A stretch of DNA of 63,595 nt, counting the filler, from Craspedostauros australis (Eukaryota), in assembly GCA_030167865.1 (NCBI GenBank). It is 6 parts of 6 records of this genome, joined end to end, with 100 filler letters (N's around TTAATTAATTAA, not from the genome) between each part and the next. Parts side by side here need not be neighbours in the genome. Positions count along the whole stretch, not along the records: positions 34,704 to 40,604 come from JALAGF010002683.1; positions 40,705 to 60,881 come from JALAGF010002686.1; 4 more parts are not named here. The stretch is one strand, 5' to 3'. This document shows positions 34,704 to 45,162 of the stretch, in pieces (positions within the stretch are counted from its first letter, which is position 1; every line of letters begins with the position of its first letter). Both the position numbers and the translations under genes were made by a program. The notes under the pieces were generated by a model. The model was not told the origin of the DNA, made no database searches, and was given only the letters and a program-made list of their open reading frames with translations.

Positions 34704-35781
34704 CGGTTCTCGTCAAAAAGTCGGACCGACGGAGCATTGCTACAACACGGCGCACTGCGAGAGCCTCGGAAGGACGGACCAACTGGCTAAAAAATGTCTC
34801 CCCCCGCGACTCGTTGGTTTGTGACTGAATGGGCTCATAATATGTTGTATGGATCGTAGTCTACGTATTTGCTTGGTTAGTCGAAATAGTCGATTATCGC
34901 TGTCCTTTCACGATGTCCGGTTGTGGATGTGCTTGTCCGGGAAAGTATCCCGTTTCTTTTCTCGTGCGGTCTTTGTTTTCGCTTTGCAAACGGGTCACAA
35001 TTGTACCTGCGGTTATCAAGGTCAACCACAATTATCGTATTCGCACCGAACTGCGTCTGCCCAGGGGACACTAAATCGCACCCGACAGGTGTGGTGGACG
35101 CTGATTGGTGTGCAGTTGTTGTGGCAATCGTGTTTCCATGTTCTCTCAGGTAGTTTTCAGAGATACTTTTCTGTTTCGCGACAAGAAGGTCAAAACACTT
35201 CTCGGCTGCGTCGCGCCGCCACTTCTCCCGCCGTTTGAATTCCTCACACGACCGAATCTGTCGCGTCTATCACGCCTCCGGCTCTGTCTCGAGGCTTGTC
35301 CACAGCTCTCTCTCTCTCTCTGTGTTGGTGACTGTGACGCTTGTTGGAGTGGACCACCCAAACCGCAGTTCCGTGAACCATTGAGCACATCGCACACTTG
35401 GAGGAGGGGTGCGCGAGCACCTCCGCCACTCACCACCTCATCGTGAGGATTTCGCGTAGTACACAACCCATCACCTCTGCACGCAACGAAAGCAGCACAA
35501 GAAACTGAAGGAGACACATCCACACACAAAGATCTTGACTGTTTGCGCCCTTTTCTCTTTCGTGTGGACTGTTGCTCCTCATTTCGAAACCTTGGCCCAT
35601 AAAAACCAACACCCCCACAACTTCACAAGCGAACAAAAGGAATCAAAGTGGAACAAGCCAACTCACAAAGTCAACACCAAACCAGACGCACCAACCCATC
35701 AACGCATCCGTCAATTCACAAGTGCAGCTCCACTTCCCAAAACACAACACACAACCACGCGACGCATCCAACGCACCCAAA

Positions 35782-36738
35782 ATGAATCTCTCCTTCGCGA
35801 CCATGGCGGCGACCATGCTCTGGTTCGCATCAGCCGCGTCCACAGCCACGGCAGCAAACCTCAACGATTCTGCAGTGGTGCTGACGGTCGCCGACGTGCA
35901 AACTGGGGTGGATGCATGGAACGACATGCAAATGGGCAACGTCCAAGTCACCTCGGATATCGTCAATATGATCAATCAGTACACCGCCAGCAAGTTCACG
36001 CTGTACGAACAGCTGGCGTTCGTGGCGCACGCCATTTGGGAATCGGGGGCGTTCCTGCAGACGGAGGAACAGGCCGCCGTGACGGGATCGCAGAGCGCCA
36101 GGGATAATTATCAGGATTGCGACTGGAACGTCGAAGGCATCCAGCCGCCGAACAACGGGAAGTTCTACTACGGCCGCGGATACCTGCAGCTGTCGTGGTG
36201 TGCCAACTACCGAGCCTACGGCAAGGACAGAGCCGCAGAGCAGGTGGTCGACGACGAGGACAAATTTTTCAACGAACCGGAGCTCGTCGCGACGACGTAC
36301 GCCATGGACTCCGCCGAATGGTTCTTCAGCACCAACGTGAAGGAATCCAACGGGAAATTTGGATCGACGACGAACGACGTCAACGGCAATGTGGAATGTA
36401 GCAACACGAGCCAGACCATTTCCAACGCCGACGACAGCACACCGTGCAAGCGATATGCCATCTTCGATGCCATGGCAGCGCGCAAGCAATTGACGGGGTA
36501 CACCTCGGAAGGATGCGGCTCGATACGGTGTCTGGAACCCAACGGACAAGCCCCAACACCGGACACTGGCAGTGACAATACGGAGGCGCCCAACGCATCG
36601 CCGACATCCGGGGACACCACGACTGGTGCACCGACGAGCGAAGACAGCGATGATGGATCCGATGCTGCTGGTCGATTTTTGATGACATCTTCCATGGCGG
36701 TCGCCACAGTCGCAATCTCCGTGTTTGTTGGACTGTAG
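35782..36738 (+). CDS. Glycoside hydrolase family 19 chitinase, secreted, probably GPI-anchored, 318 aa
   Basis: Signal peptide. GH19 motifs AFVAHAIWES...TEE, YYGRGYLQLSWCANY, PELVA...SAEWFF, FGSTTNDVNGNVEC. S/T/P/D-rich stalk and hydrophobic C-terminal tail. Confidence 0.9.
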   Translation: MNLSFATMAATMLWFASAASTATAANLNDSAVVLTVADVQTGVDAWNDMQMGNVQVTSDIVNMINQYTASKFTLYEQLAFVAHAIWESGAFLQTEEQAAVTGSQSARDNYQDCDWNVEGIQPPNNGKFYYGRGYLQLSWCANYRAYGKDRAAEQVVDDEDKFFNEPELVATTYAMDSAEWFFSTNVKESNGKFGSTTNDVNGNVECSNTSQTISNADDSTPCKRYAIFDAMAARKQLTGYTSEGCGSIRCLEPNGQAPTPDTGSDNTEAPNASPTSGDTTTGAPTSEDSDDGSDAAGRFLMTSSMAVATVAISVFVGL

Positions 36739-37291
36739 GTGGGCATGGGATGCCCAGCATTTGGATGGAGGATCTTGCGAGACAAGCTCTGCTCTGCTCT
36801 GTCCCATCCTCAAGACGTTGCAGACACATCTCACTCTCTCTCTCTCTCGAGTATTACAATTGGAATACTCCACTGATCACTCAACGCGAGTTCAATTAAA
36901 TCAATTCCATAGCATAGAGTACACAACGATTAACCCTCAATCTTCCCGTGGCTCGGAGGGTGACAACCCATCTCTGATCCATCGCGATGATAGCTCGTAC
37001 CCTCTCTCTTCTTTTTGCGTGCGATGAAAGGGAGACATCTCCTGTGACGTCACTATCGGCCACCGTCTTTTTGTGAAGAACACATGATCACCAGAACAAA
37101 AAAGACGAATGAAAGTGCCAATTCCAATTCCAATTCCGATGATCGCATTTGGCACAATAGAGAAAGAGAGAGATTGAGCACACTTTTTCCATTCCAACGA
37201 CAACATCCAACCTCCATCAAAAGGGTCTGCCATTGTCAACACAACTCCCACGTCGAAAGACTACTCATTCTATTCTTCTAAAGTCGGCATC

Positions 37292-38191
37292 ATGATCCCG
37301 CTGAAAGCACAGCAGCATCTGTACTCCGCAACCATCGGGTTCTTCGGTGGCGCCTCGATCGGATTGGTGGGATGGGGAGGATCTCAAATCGTCACGCCGG
37401 GCATGACCTACTACCCCATGTCGCTGTCGCAGATCTCGGCCACGGGCATCTCCCTCTCCAGCCTCTCCGTCTCCACCATCACATCGGCCATCAAGTTCCT
37501 CCAGGAGGATTCCGTCGCCATCTACACTTCCATCGCAATCGCCATACCCTCCGTCGTCTCTGCGCGTTACGGCACGCGCATGGCGCAACGACTATCGAGC
37601 GATGCCTTGAGCCTCGTCTTCAATGGATTGAGCATCGTAATGATCCCCACGCACTTTTTCATTCAGCAGCGCGCGCAACATCGCAAGCAGCATGCGTTGC
37701 AACAACAGTTATCGCCACAACCATCCATACTCGCGCGCAACAACACCGTCCCCACGGCCACATCGCCGATCTTTTCGGGACAGTACGATCCCGTGCCGCC
37801 GCATCTCGTGATGCAGCATGCCGCGTACGGCGCCGTCACGGGACTCGTCAGCGCCTTGATGGGCATCGGCGGGTTGCCCTTCACGATGTCGTACCTCACG
37901 GAATGCACGACGCTGGGCCATCACTTGGTGCAAGGCACGGCCATCTGCGCCGTCGTGCCATCCGTGCTCATGTCGACCTTCACGCGACGTGCCGCGATTC
38001 CGTGGCATTCCGTCGGCGTCGTGACGGCCGGCGCCATGTTGGGCAGCTACGCCGGGGCGCAAATTGCGCTGTCGTCGTCGGAAGATCAGCTGCGAGAAAT
38101 GTACATGGCCAGCCTCGTGCTGTTTGGATCGCGGTCGGTGTATGGGTCGGTACGCAATATTCGAAGTCTAATGGTCGCAAGGAAACGATAG
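37292..38191 (+). CDS. Sulfite exporter TauE/SafE family membrane protein, 299 aa
   Basis: Duplicated TM halves with GLVGWGGSQIVTP / ALMGIGGLPF, ATGISL / VQGTAI and ARYGTRMAQRLS / GSYAGAQIALS. Confidence 0.88.
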   Translation: MIPLKAQQHLYSATIGFFGGASIGLVGWGGSQIVTPGMTYYPMSLSQISATGISLSSLSVSTITSAIKFLQEDSVAIYTSIAIAIPSVVSARYGTRMAQRLSSDALSLVFNGLSIVMIPTHFFIQQRAQHRKQHALQQQLSPQPSILARNNTVPTATSPIFSGQYDPVPPHLVMQHAAYGAVTGLVSALMGIGGLPFTMSYLTECTTLGHHLVQGTAICAVVPSVLMSTFTRRAAIPWHSVGVVTAGAMLGSYAGAQIALSSSEDQLREMYMASLVLFGSRSVYGSVRNIRSLMVARKR

Positions 38192-38560
38192 TTGTGGTTG
38201 TGGTGGTGGTGCTATGTGTGGTAGCAGAGGTGCTATGCATTGGTAAAGTAGGGGGTGCTTCAAACAGAGGGATGTCGAGGATGGCAACAGCTGCCATAGG
38301 GTGCTATGAACTTCTAAAGACAACATTCAACGTCGAAGCAGAACAGCATCTCTCTGGAGAGACAGAGCATGTCTTCATACATTAGAGCTTGCCTTTCAGA
38401 CTGACCTACGACAAAAGATAGATGGATCGGGACTGTATGGTTACGGTTGGTGGGTTGTCTATTGGTCTATTGGTTTGGTTTTGTTATGCTGTGCTATGAC
38501 GACATGTCGCCCATACTACAAGTGCTTCAGTGCATTCCCCCTCTCCCCCTGTCTCTTTCT

Positions 38561-40524
38561 CTAGTAGTATGATGCGTTGGTTGGTGTCACACGGACTGCC
38601 GAGTCCATCCCATCCATTCGACTGTCGTACGCAGCAGTCTGGTTCGCGTAACCACCATGATGTTGATGCTGATGCTGCGAATAGTGATGGTGATAGTGGA
38701 AGTGGTGGTGGTGATGACGTTGGTCGCGATCATACTCGTAGTGGTGACTATCTGTGTGGACAAGGCCCCATTGAGCTTCACTGCGCCGATGGCGTTTGTT
38801 GGAAACGTCATGAGCACGGTAGTACTCGTGTTGTCCACTGCTGTCGTACAGATCATCGCTCACGTACCCACATCCGCTGTCATAGTCGCCATTGCAATCG
38901 CAGTTGTTGTTGTTGCAGCTGTTGTAGTAGTTGGCCAACATCTGACAGTGCTTCTCGTGACGGATGCTCGATGCTGCGGCGAAGGAACTTCGCAACTTCT
39001 CAGCTTGCTCACGTGACATGGCGTTGCATCTGTCGCTGGATGGATAGTACTTCTCGATATTCATCGAAGGACTGGTGTGCAATGCATCGATGATGCTGGC
39101 GATCTCCATCTCGAACTTCATCAGCTGCTCGTCGGTCTTGCTATGGAAGCGCTGCTTCAGGTAGTTGTGCATCATGGGGCCGACGCTGCTCTTCATACTG
39201 ATGCTGGAAGTGTTGCTGGCATCGGTGTGGCCACCCTCGAGGGCGATGGCAACAGCAGCGACCGCGATCTTTCCTGGTGCGTGCAGAAAGTGGACATCGG
39301 AGTAGGCAAGAGCATTCTGCGCGATGGCGAGTGCGCGTTGGCTGATGCTGGAGGTTGATGTAGCAGCAGCAGTAGACGAAGTAGATTTCGATGTCGATGG
39401 TGTGGCTGAGAATGACGCCGTTGATACAGATGCCGACAGCAGTGGTGGTGTCATGTTTTGGTTCTGCGAGATGCATTGTTCATCAACGTAGTGGCACACT
39501 GATCGAGGCGAGTGAGCTCTTGCATTGGCTCCAACTCTGGTGGCCTCATCCATTTGCGCAGTGTTCATTGTGTTCATGGCGTTGGTCGTGGCAGCGAATG
39601 ACTCCAGCTCCTGAGACAACACCCGGATGGCCCCGTACGGGTGATGGCATCGCAGCTGGTAGTTCAAGCCAGATAGAAGGTTGCGTTCTGCTTCTTCGAT
39701 TTCCCCACCGGAAACAGAACGCAACTCATGTCGGACAAGCGGCAATCGCCGTGCCTTATGCTCGATGACAGTTGTGGCATGGGACAGGACGTCGATCTGT
39801 ACCATGGAATCATACAAAGAATCGTGAATAAAGTAGAGTGGTGAAGAATGGAGAATGGAGGCATCAGGAGATGGCAGAAGAGGTGGAGAGTGTGAGATGA
39901 CATTCGATGGCATACTCATGGATGACCTTAGATGACACGGTTGCATTCAAAATGGGGGTTGTTTGAACTCACATTCAACCGAGCGTCGCAGTCGACCTTG
40001 ACAGCGAGCAATGCGCTAGCAGCAGCAACGTTGCGAGGGTGGAAGTCAATGACCGAGTTGGAAAGGAAGAAGCGTCGGAAGATCATGATGGCTGTGGAGA
40101 CGGTGGATGTGCTGCGTCGCAGTTCAGGAAGGATGGCCTTGGGTCCAACGAGCTGCTGGATCTGATGCGCATGGAACTGAACCAAGGATTCCTGATCGTT
40201 GGCTGAGAAACTGGAACTGGAATCCACATTGGCAGAGATTGATGGAGATGGAGATGATGGCAGTGATGATGACTTGGCGGAGAAGCCAGAAGCGAAGTGT
40301 TGTGCCTTTGGCTTGGTGGCCTGGCTCATTTGTGGCTGATGACGGCGTCTCTTGTTAGTCGCATTGCAAGATGCTGGAGACTGCGGCTGCGACTGTGGCT
40401 CTGGCTGTGCTTCTTGCTGATGCTGATGCTGAGAAACGGCCATCTGACGACATTCATCCAAAGATGATTGAGATTGAAAGATCCAGAACTTGGCCTGCGT
40501 CGACCGATCGAAGTTGACCACCAT
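38561..40524 (-). CDS. Cyclin H-like protein, about 595 aa; exons 40524-39973 and 39796-38561
   Basis: Motifs STQAKFWIF, TAIMIFRRFFLSNSVIDFHPRNVAAASALLAVKVD, ERNLLSGLNYQLRCHHPY and SDVHFLHAPGKIAVAA match the cyclin H pattern. Phase-0 intron AAT|GTGAGT...ACAG|ATC. Confidence 0.85.
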
Positions 40525-40604
40525 CTTTCCTTCTGTTTATATCTATTCGAATGCTTGCTGTGTATTGGTATGCACCAGTGTGTGTGGATGCGGATGTGAA
40601 TGCA

Positions 40605-40704
40605 NNNNNNNNNNNNNNNNNNNNNNNNNNNNNNNNNNNNNNNNNNNNTTAATTAATTAANNNNNNNNNNNNNNNNNNNNNNNNNNNNNNNNNNNNNNNN
40701 NNNN
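40605..40704. other. Artificial 100-bp assembly spacer
   Basis: N44-TTAATTAATTAA-N44. Confidence 0.97.
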
Positions 40705-41344
40705 GCCGCGGGCGATCATTTTGTGAGCTCCGCATTGCCATCAAATGGCCGTTGTCGCACATGGTTCGAATTGTCCTTACTTAGGATATTGGCCCATGTG
40801 TGGCCGTTATAACCGTTGAGTTTGGGTCTCCATTGCGGGGTGATGCACATGGCTTGCATTCCCGTTGTGTGTCCCGTCTTCTTCCTGCGGATGATGCCCT
40901 GGAGTCGTATGAGTCGGCTGTATCAACCAGTCAATTATGTCTAGAAGTGACCCGCTTGAGTCGGATCTCATCAATTCTTCCGCCAAACACCGTCTCCACT
41001 TTTTTTTTTTTGATTTTCGCTCGTGGAAAGATTTGCTTGTTCCAGAAAACACACCAAACCAAGCGAACCGGGAATCTCATTCACGGATTCAATCACGCGT
41101 ATGGTCAGTGGAACAAGAACAATGACCAAAAGTCCACGATTCTCACCGCTGGCGCTTGCCCTTTTCGCGCTGAGATCGTGACTGCAAAGCATCACCAGAA
41201 CGATGCCAATACTGCCACCACCAACAACAACAGTCACTTCTCCCCACATGCCATACTTGCACGTGAGTACTACCCGTCCTAGGCACTGCACATCATACTC
41301 CTTCTGGAAAGGGCAATCTGCTCCATCACCATTGAACAAAGACG

Positions 41345-42736
41345 ATGATGTTGAAGAAGAGATCGAAGGCGGCAGGCAGCGACCTGCCATGCACCAGCAA
41401 ATCAACGCTCAAGATCGCCATGGCCGGGCTCTGCGTTCTGGCGGTGGTGCATTGGATGACCGCTGATCGCACTCTGATGGTATCTACCTCCAGCAAAGCG
41501 GTGGCGGTACGCCATAACATCCTGCTCGCCGACGAAACGGCGCTGCACTGCGAGTGGAACCACGGGGAACCACTGGATGGGTGCTACCAGATCATCTCCC
41601 ATCGCCTGGCGCAGCGCAATATCGCGATGAGCCGCCCATGGCTGTTCCTGGGCGACGAAACCATGAGCGACATGTACGCAGAGATGATCAAGATGCTCAA
41701 GACGAAGCAGAACGGGCACAAGATGCCGCACCATGACGCCCTCAGCGACCGGATCAACGGGTTGACATCGTGGGATGGCTTGCGTGTCAACGTGCAACGA
41801 CTGAAGTCCAGCAAGGACCGTTGCGCCATGATGGAGTTTATGGCATTGGCAGCAGAAAAAGGCACGATGCGTTGGGTCTCACCGAGTCTGAGCTTGGGAG
41901 AGGGACCGGTGCATTATGGTTTCCATCACGAGTACTGCACCGAGTGCGAGGAATGCAGGAGTCAATTGCATCACATCGAGTTCAATGAGAAGGGAGAAGA
42001 GCACCCCGAAAAGGGCCGCCTGTCGGCATCCAAGAAGAAGAAGAAGAAGAAGAAAAAGACTGGAGCATCCACCAACAACAACCTCGTATTCGTGACAAAC
42101 ATGAGATACATGGTGGTCGAGTTTGCGCGCGATGTGAGCCAACAGACTCTCACAACCAAAACGACGCAAGAGACTGTCGCCAACTACATTGCCGACCAGA
42201 GGAAGCAAGAATGGCAGAGAGAACAGCAGGTTGTGGCACTGCGACCGGGCAGGACAACCGACACAGGTTCGATCTGCGTCATCAGTGCCGGTCTTCAGGA
42301 TCTCGAGATTTCTCAGATGACCAAGGAGTTGTACACCAATAACGTGGAGCAATACTGGAGGCTGCTGCTGGCCCCGTTGGAATCGATGACTGCCGGTGGC
42401 GACGTCATGATGAAGGATCCTGTTTGTGCCCACATCATTTGGATCTCCATCCCCGCAGTGATACAAGAAGAAACAGCCGATAACAACGCCAAAGCCAAGG
42501 AATGGAACGACGAAGTCTTCTATCGATTGGCCCAGCCAAATGGCAGCACTGCCCCTGACCTCTCGATAGCTTCGACCCGGTCATTGTTCCGTGACCGCGT
42601 GACGTACGTGGATGTGTGGAACCGGTCGTTGGAGTTGCCAGCGCTTGAGAACGGCAAGCTGAGTTCCGACGAGTATCACGAACCGATGGCGGAACTGTTC
42701 GCTGACTTGTTTGCCACCAAGCTGCACGCACCATAG
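41345..42736 (+). CDS. Type II membrane protein with degenerate SGNH-hydrolase-like domain, 463 aa
   Basis: N-terminal TM (IAMAGLCVLAVVHW). Motifs WLFLGDETM, CVISAGLQD, HIIWISIP, KEWN, YVDVWNRS. CTECEEC cluster and poly-Lys insert. Confidence 0.72.
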   Translation: MMLKKRSKAAGSDLPCTSKSTLKIAMAGLCVLAVVHWMTADRTLMVSTSSKAVAVRHNILLADETALHCEWNHGEPLDGCYQIISHRLAQRNIAMSRPWLFLGDETMSDMYAEMIKMLKTKQNGHKMPHHDALSDRINGLTSWDGLRVNVQRLKSSKDRCAMMEFMALAAEKGTMRWVSPSLSLGEGPVHYGFHHEYCTECEECRSQLHHIEFNEKGEEHPEKGRLSASKKKKKKKKKTGASTNNNLVFVTNMRYMVVEFARDVSQQTLTTKTTQETVANYIADQRKQEWQREQQVVALRPGRTTDTGSICVISAGLQDLEISQMTKELYTNNVEQYWRLLLAPLESMTAGGDVMMKDPVCAHIIWISIPAVIQEETADNNAKAKEWNDEVFYRLAQPNGSTAPDLSIASTRSLFRDRVTYVDVWNRSLELPALENGKLSSDEYHEPMAELFADLFATKLHAP

Positions 42737-43422
42737 CAGGCTGCTGTGAAAGAGAAGTGCGACTATCTTGCTTCTTGAATATCACATCCTATTTGCAGAA
42801 ACAAGGACACTTGAAGAGTGAGAAGACGAGAGAGAGAGCAGAAGGGCGCCGTTCAGCCATCTCATTTACATACTTAATGCTGATAGAGCAATGACGTCTT
42901 AGCCAGAGAACAGCACAAACGATGGTTCTCGAAACAAACCAATTCACAACCTCCAGAGTTCGTGTCTGTATGGAAGGTATCTATCTTCTTCTGGGAGAGC
43001 TTGTTGGATGCGTCGCGTTTGCGTTACCAGTGCCTGTGGTAGGATCCCACTGCCCCTTCTCTTGCCTTCTTCGTTATTACTCGCGCGACCGCTTCATGCC
43101 TTGCCAACCAAACGGAATTGACTCGGGGCAGTGGCTACTCCTGTGGCGTTCTTCAACACCTGCACAAGCAATTCCTTCGATGTCATGACGCTCTGTACCA
43201 GCTGTGGTATTGGTGTAGATGCACAAGTATGTTCGTAAGTATTGTATTTCTATGTATGGTATTGGTGTGTTTTGTTTGTGCGAATCTGCATCTGCATCTA
43301 GTATGCTCTGCAGATGATTGTGCGTATGCGTATTCGCAGTGGCTGAGCACGGAAATGATTGCACGCAGCACCATGTTGAAGTGGATGTGTGGAAGTTGAT
43401 TTGTGGGCAATCAGGATGACGT

Positions 43423-45162
43423 CTACTCAAATGAATTGGCCCATCCCTCGGATGCGTACCATTCTTGGACGGCAAGGAAAGGGCGGACCTCGATCTCCGC
43501 GTTGAAATGGACTGATCGGCGATGCACAACCTCTTCCTCTTCTTGTTGTGGCTGCTCCTGCTGTTGCTGGCATCGTTGCTGCAAAACTTGATCGGAGTAT
43601 CGTCCCCGGCGCAAGCATGATCGCAGCTGGACGCCTGGTTGGATCAAGTAGGTGTCCGACCGATGGCACGATCCGCGTTGCGATTGCGCGAGGGGAGTGC
43701 ACATGTTGCTGTCGGCTTGGTTGATGTTGCGGCTGGATCTCGTGTACACGAGGCCACCGGAGGCAGTGACGTGGTTCGAGCTCCGGTACGTGGGCAAAGA
43801 TGGGTCTGATGCCGTCTTCCACCAGGTGGAGGAAAGCGAAGTCGATGGACGCAGGGTGAAGCGGGAGCTGTTTTGCTGCCCGTAGTCAGCCCAGTACTTG
43901 TTCCACCACTTGGGTCGTCGGCGTGCGTTTGATTGAGTTGGATCGCTCATCGGTGATGTTGCATCCAAGGTGGCTGCCTTGGGTTTGGAGGCAAACGGAT
44001 TCCAGATGCAGTTTGAACCCATGGGGTCTGCGTTTGTCTTTGTGCAGTTGCCATTGTCATAGTCGTAGATGTCGTCACTATCAGTAGCATATGGATTGTA
44101 TGCGACCTCCTCGACTGCCTCAATGTGAGTTTGAGTGTGAGTTGGAGCCTCGGCTTCATGATCGATGTCAGCTTGGCCGTCGTCGTGTTGGCTGATGACT
44201 TCAACATGATTGTTGGCTTCGGACTGGGAGCGAATTGGTTGTGAGAGACGATCCCTGGTGACCTTGTCCATGTGTGTGACTGATGGAAGCATCTCGTGGA
44301 TTGGCCTAGCCACGGATCTGGGTGACAAAGTCGAAGTGCCGAAGTGCTTGAGATTGTCTTCTTCAGGGACATCAGCTGGATGACATGGCGTATGGGGTGA
44401 TGACGCTGATTGGGATGATTCCGTTGATTGTTGTTGTGTTTGCGCTTGCTTCGAATCGATGATTGGGATCTGATGCTGGTGGATGTCCGAGTCTCCGTTC
44501 ATCTCGGTGTCCACGTCACCTTGTTGGTTGTTCCAATACGACCCAAAGATCGATCGTGATCTGGAGTTGCAGGAGCTCTGCCCAGACGATGCTGTCCTCA
44601 TTGAGATTTGGATGTTGTTGTCTTCCCTGTTCTTGGGGGCGCGGTCCATGGTGTTGAAAAGTGAGGAATCCTTCAGTGCACGGAAGGAGAGATGTGCTTC
44701 GCTGTTCTCCACCCCCATGCGGAATAGATCGAAGGCGAGCTCTCTCGGGTTGGTGAGAGAGGAGGTTTCCGAGGCATCTTCAACAGTGCTGTCGGTGCGA
44801 CGGGTATCGTCTTGCTTCGTGTGCGTGATGATGTCGTCGAGTGCTGGTTCTGCTCGACGGAGACAATCAGTTGTGCTCATGAACTCGACCGTGCACCCGA
44901 TCAATGATGATTCTTCCATCATCTCTTCCTTCGAATCTTGGGCTTCGGCTTGCAGAGCATTCAAGTTGCCGTTGGCGTTGCTGCTGCTTTGGATGCCTGT
45001 TGTGATGACTTTGCTCGAAACGGGAGAGCTGAATTTGACTGGTGTGATGTAGACGTCGGGTTGGTCCTTTGGTGACTTGAAGCCGCCGAAGATTGGCGAT
45101 TCGCCCAGGCCACGGCAAGGAGTAGTGCATGCGGCCATCATGAATGCGTCTTCGATCTCCAT
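43423..45162 (-). CDS. Disordered diatom-type protein with C-terminal SCLR and RSVHF motifs, about 579 aa
   Basis: Long ORF, first ATG at 45162. Motifs RSIFGSYW, SDPSL, LRSCLRRGRYS and RRSVHFNAEIEVRPF...WYASEGWANSF. Confidence 0.78.
   Translation of the reverse strand: MEIEDAFMMAACTTPCRGLGESPIFGGFKSPKDQPDVYITPVKFSSPVSSKVITTGIQSSSNANGNLNALQAEAQDSKEEMMEESSLIGCTVEFMSTTDCLRRAEPALDDIITHTKQDDTRRTDSTVEDASETSSLTNPRELAFDLFRMGVENSEAHLSFRALKDSSLFNTMDRAPKNREDNNIQISMRTASSGQSSCNSRSRSIFGSYWNNQQGDVDTEMNGDSDIHQHQIPIIDSKQAQTQQQSTESSQSASSPHTPCHPADVPEEDNLKHFGTSTLSPRSVARPIHEMLPSVTHMDKVTRDRLSQPIRSQSEANNHVEVISQHDDGQADIDHEAEAPTHTQTHIEAVEEVAYNPYATDSDDIYDYDNGNCTKTNADPMGSNCIWNPFASKPKAATLDATSPMSDPTQSNARRRPKWWNKYWADYGQQNSSRFTLRPSTSLSSTWWKTASDPSLPTYRSSNHVTASGGLVYTRSSRNINQADSNMCTPLAQSQRGSCHRSDTYLIQPGVQLRSCLRRGRYSDQVLQQRCQQQQEQPQQEEEEVVHRRSVHFNAEIEVRPFLAVQEWYASEGWANSFE

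Noticed and set aside
37372..38385. 337-aa ORF overlapping TauE; similar long alternative-frame ORFs over the PTC7, MATE, chitinase and 55208 genes
   Set aside because: Arg/His-rich shadow frames of GC3-rich genes.
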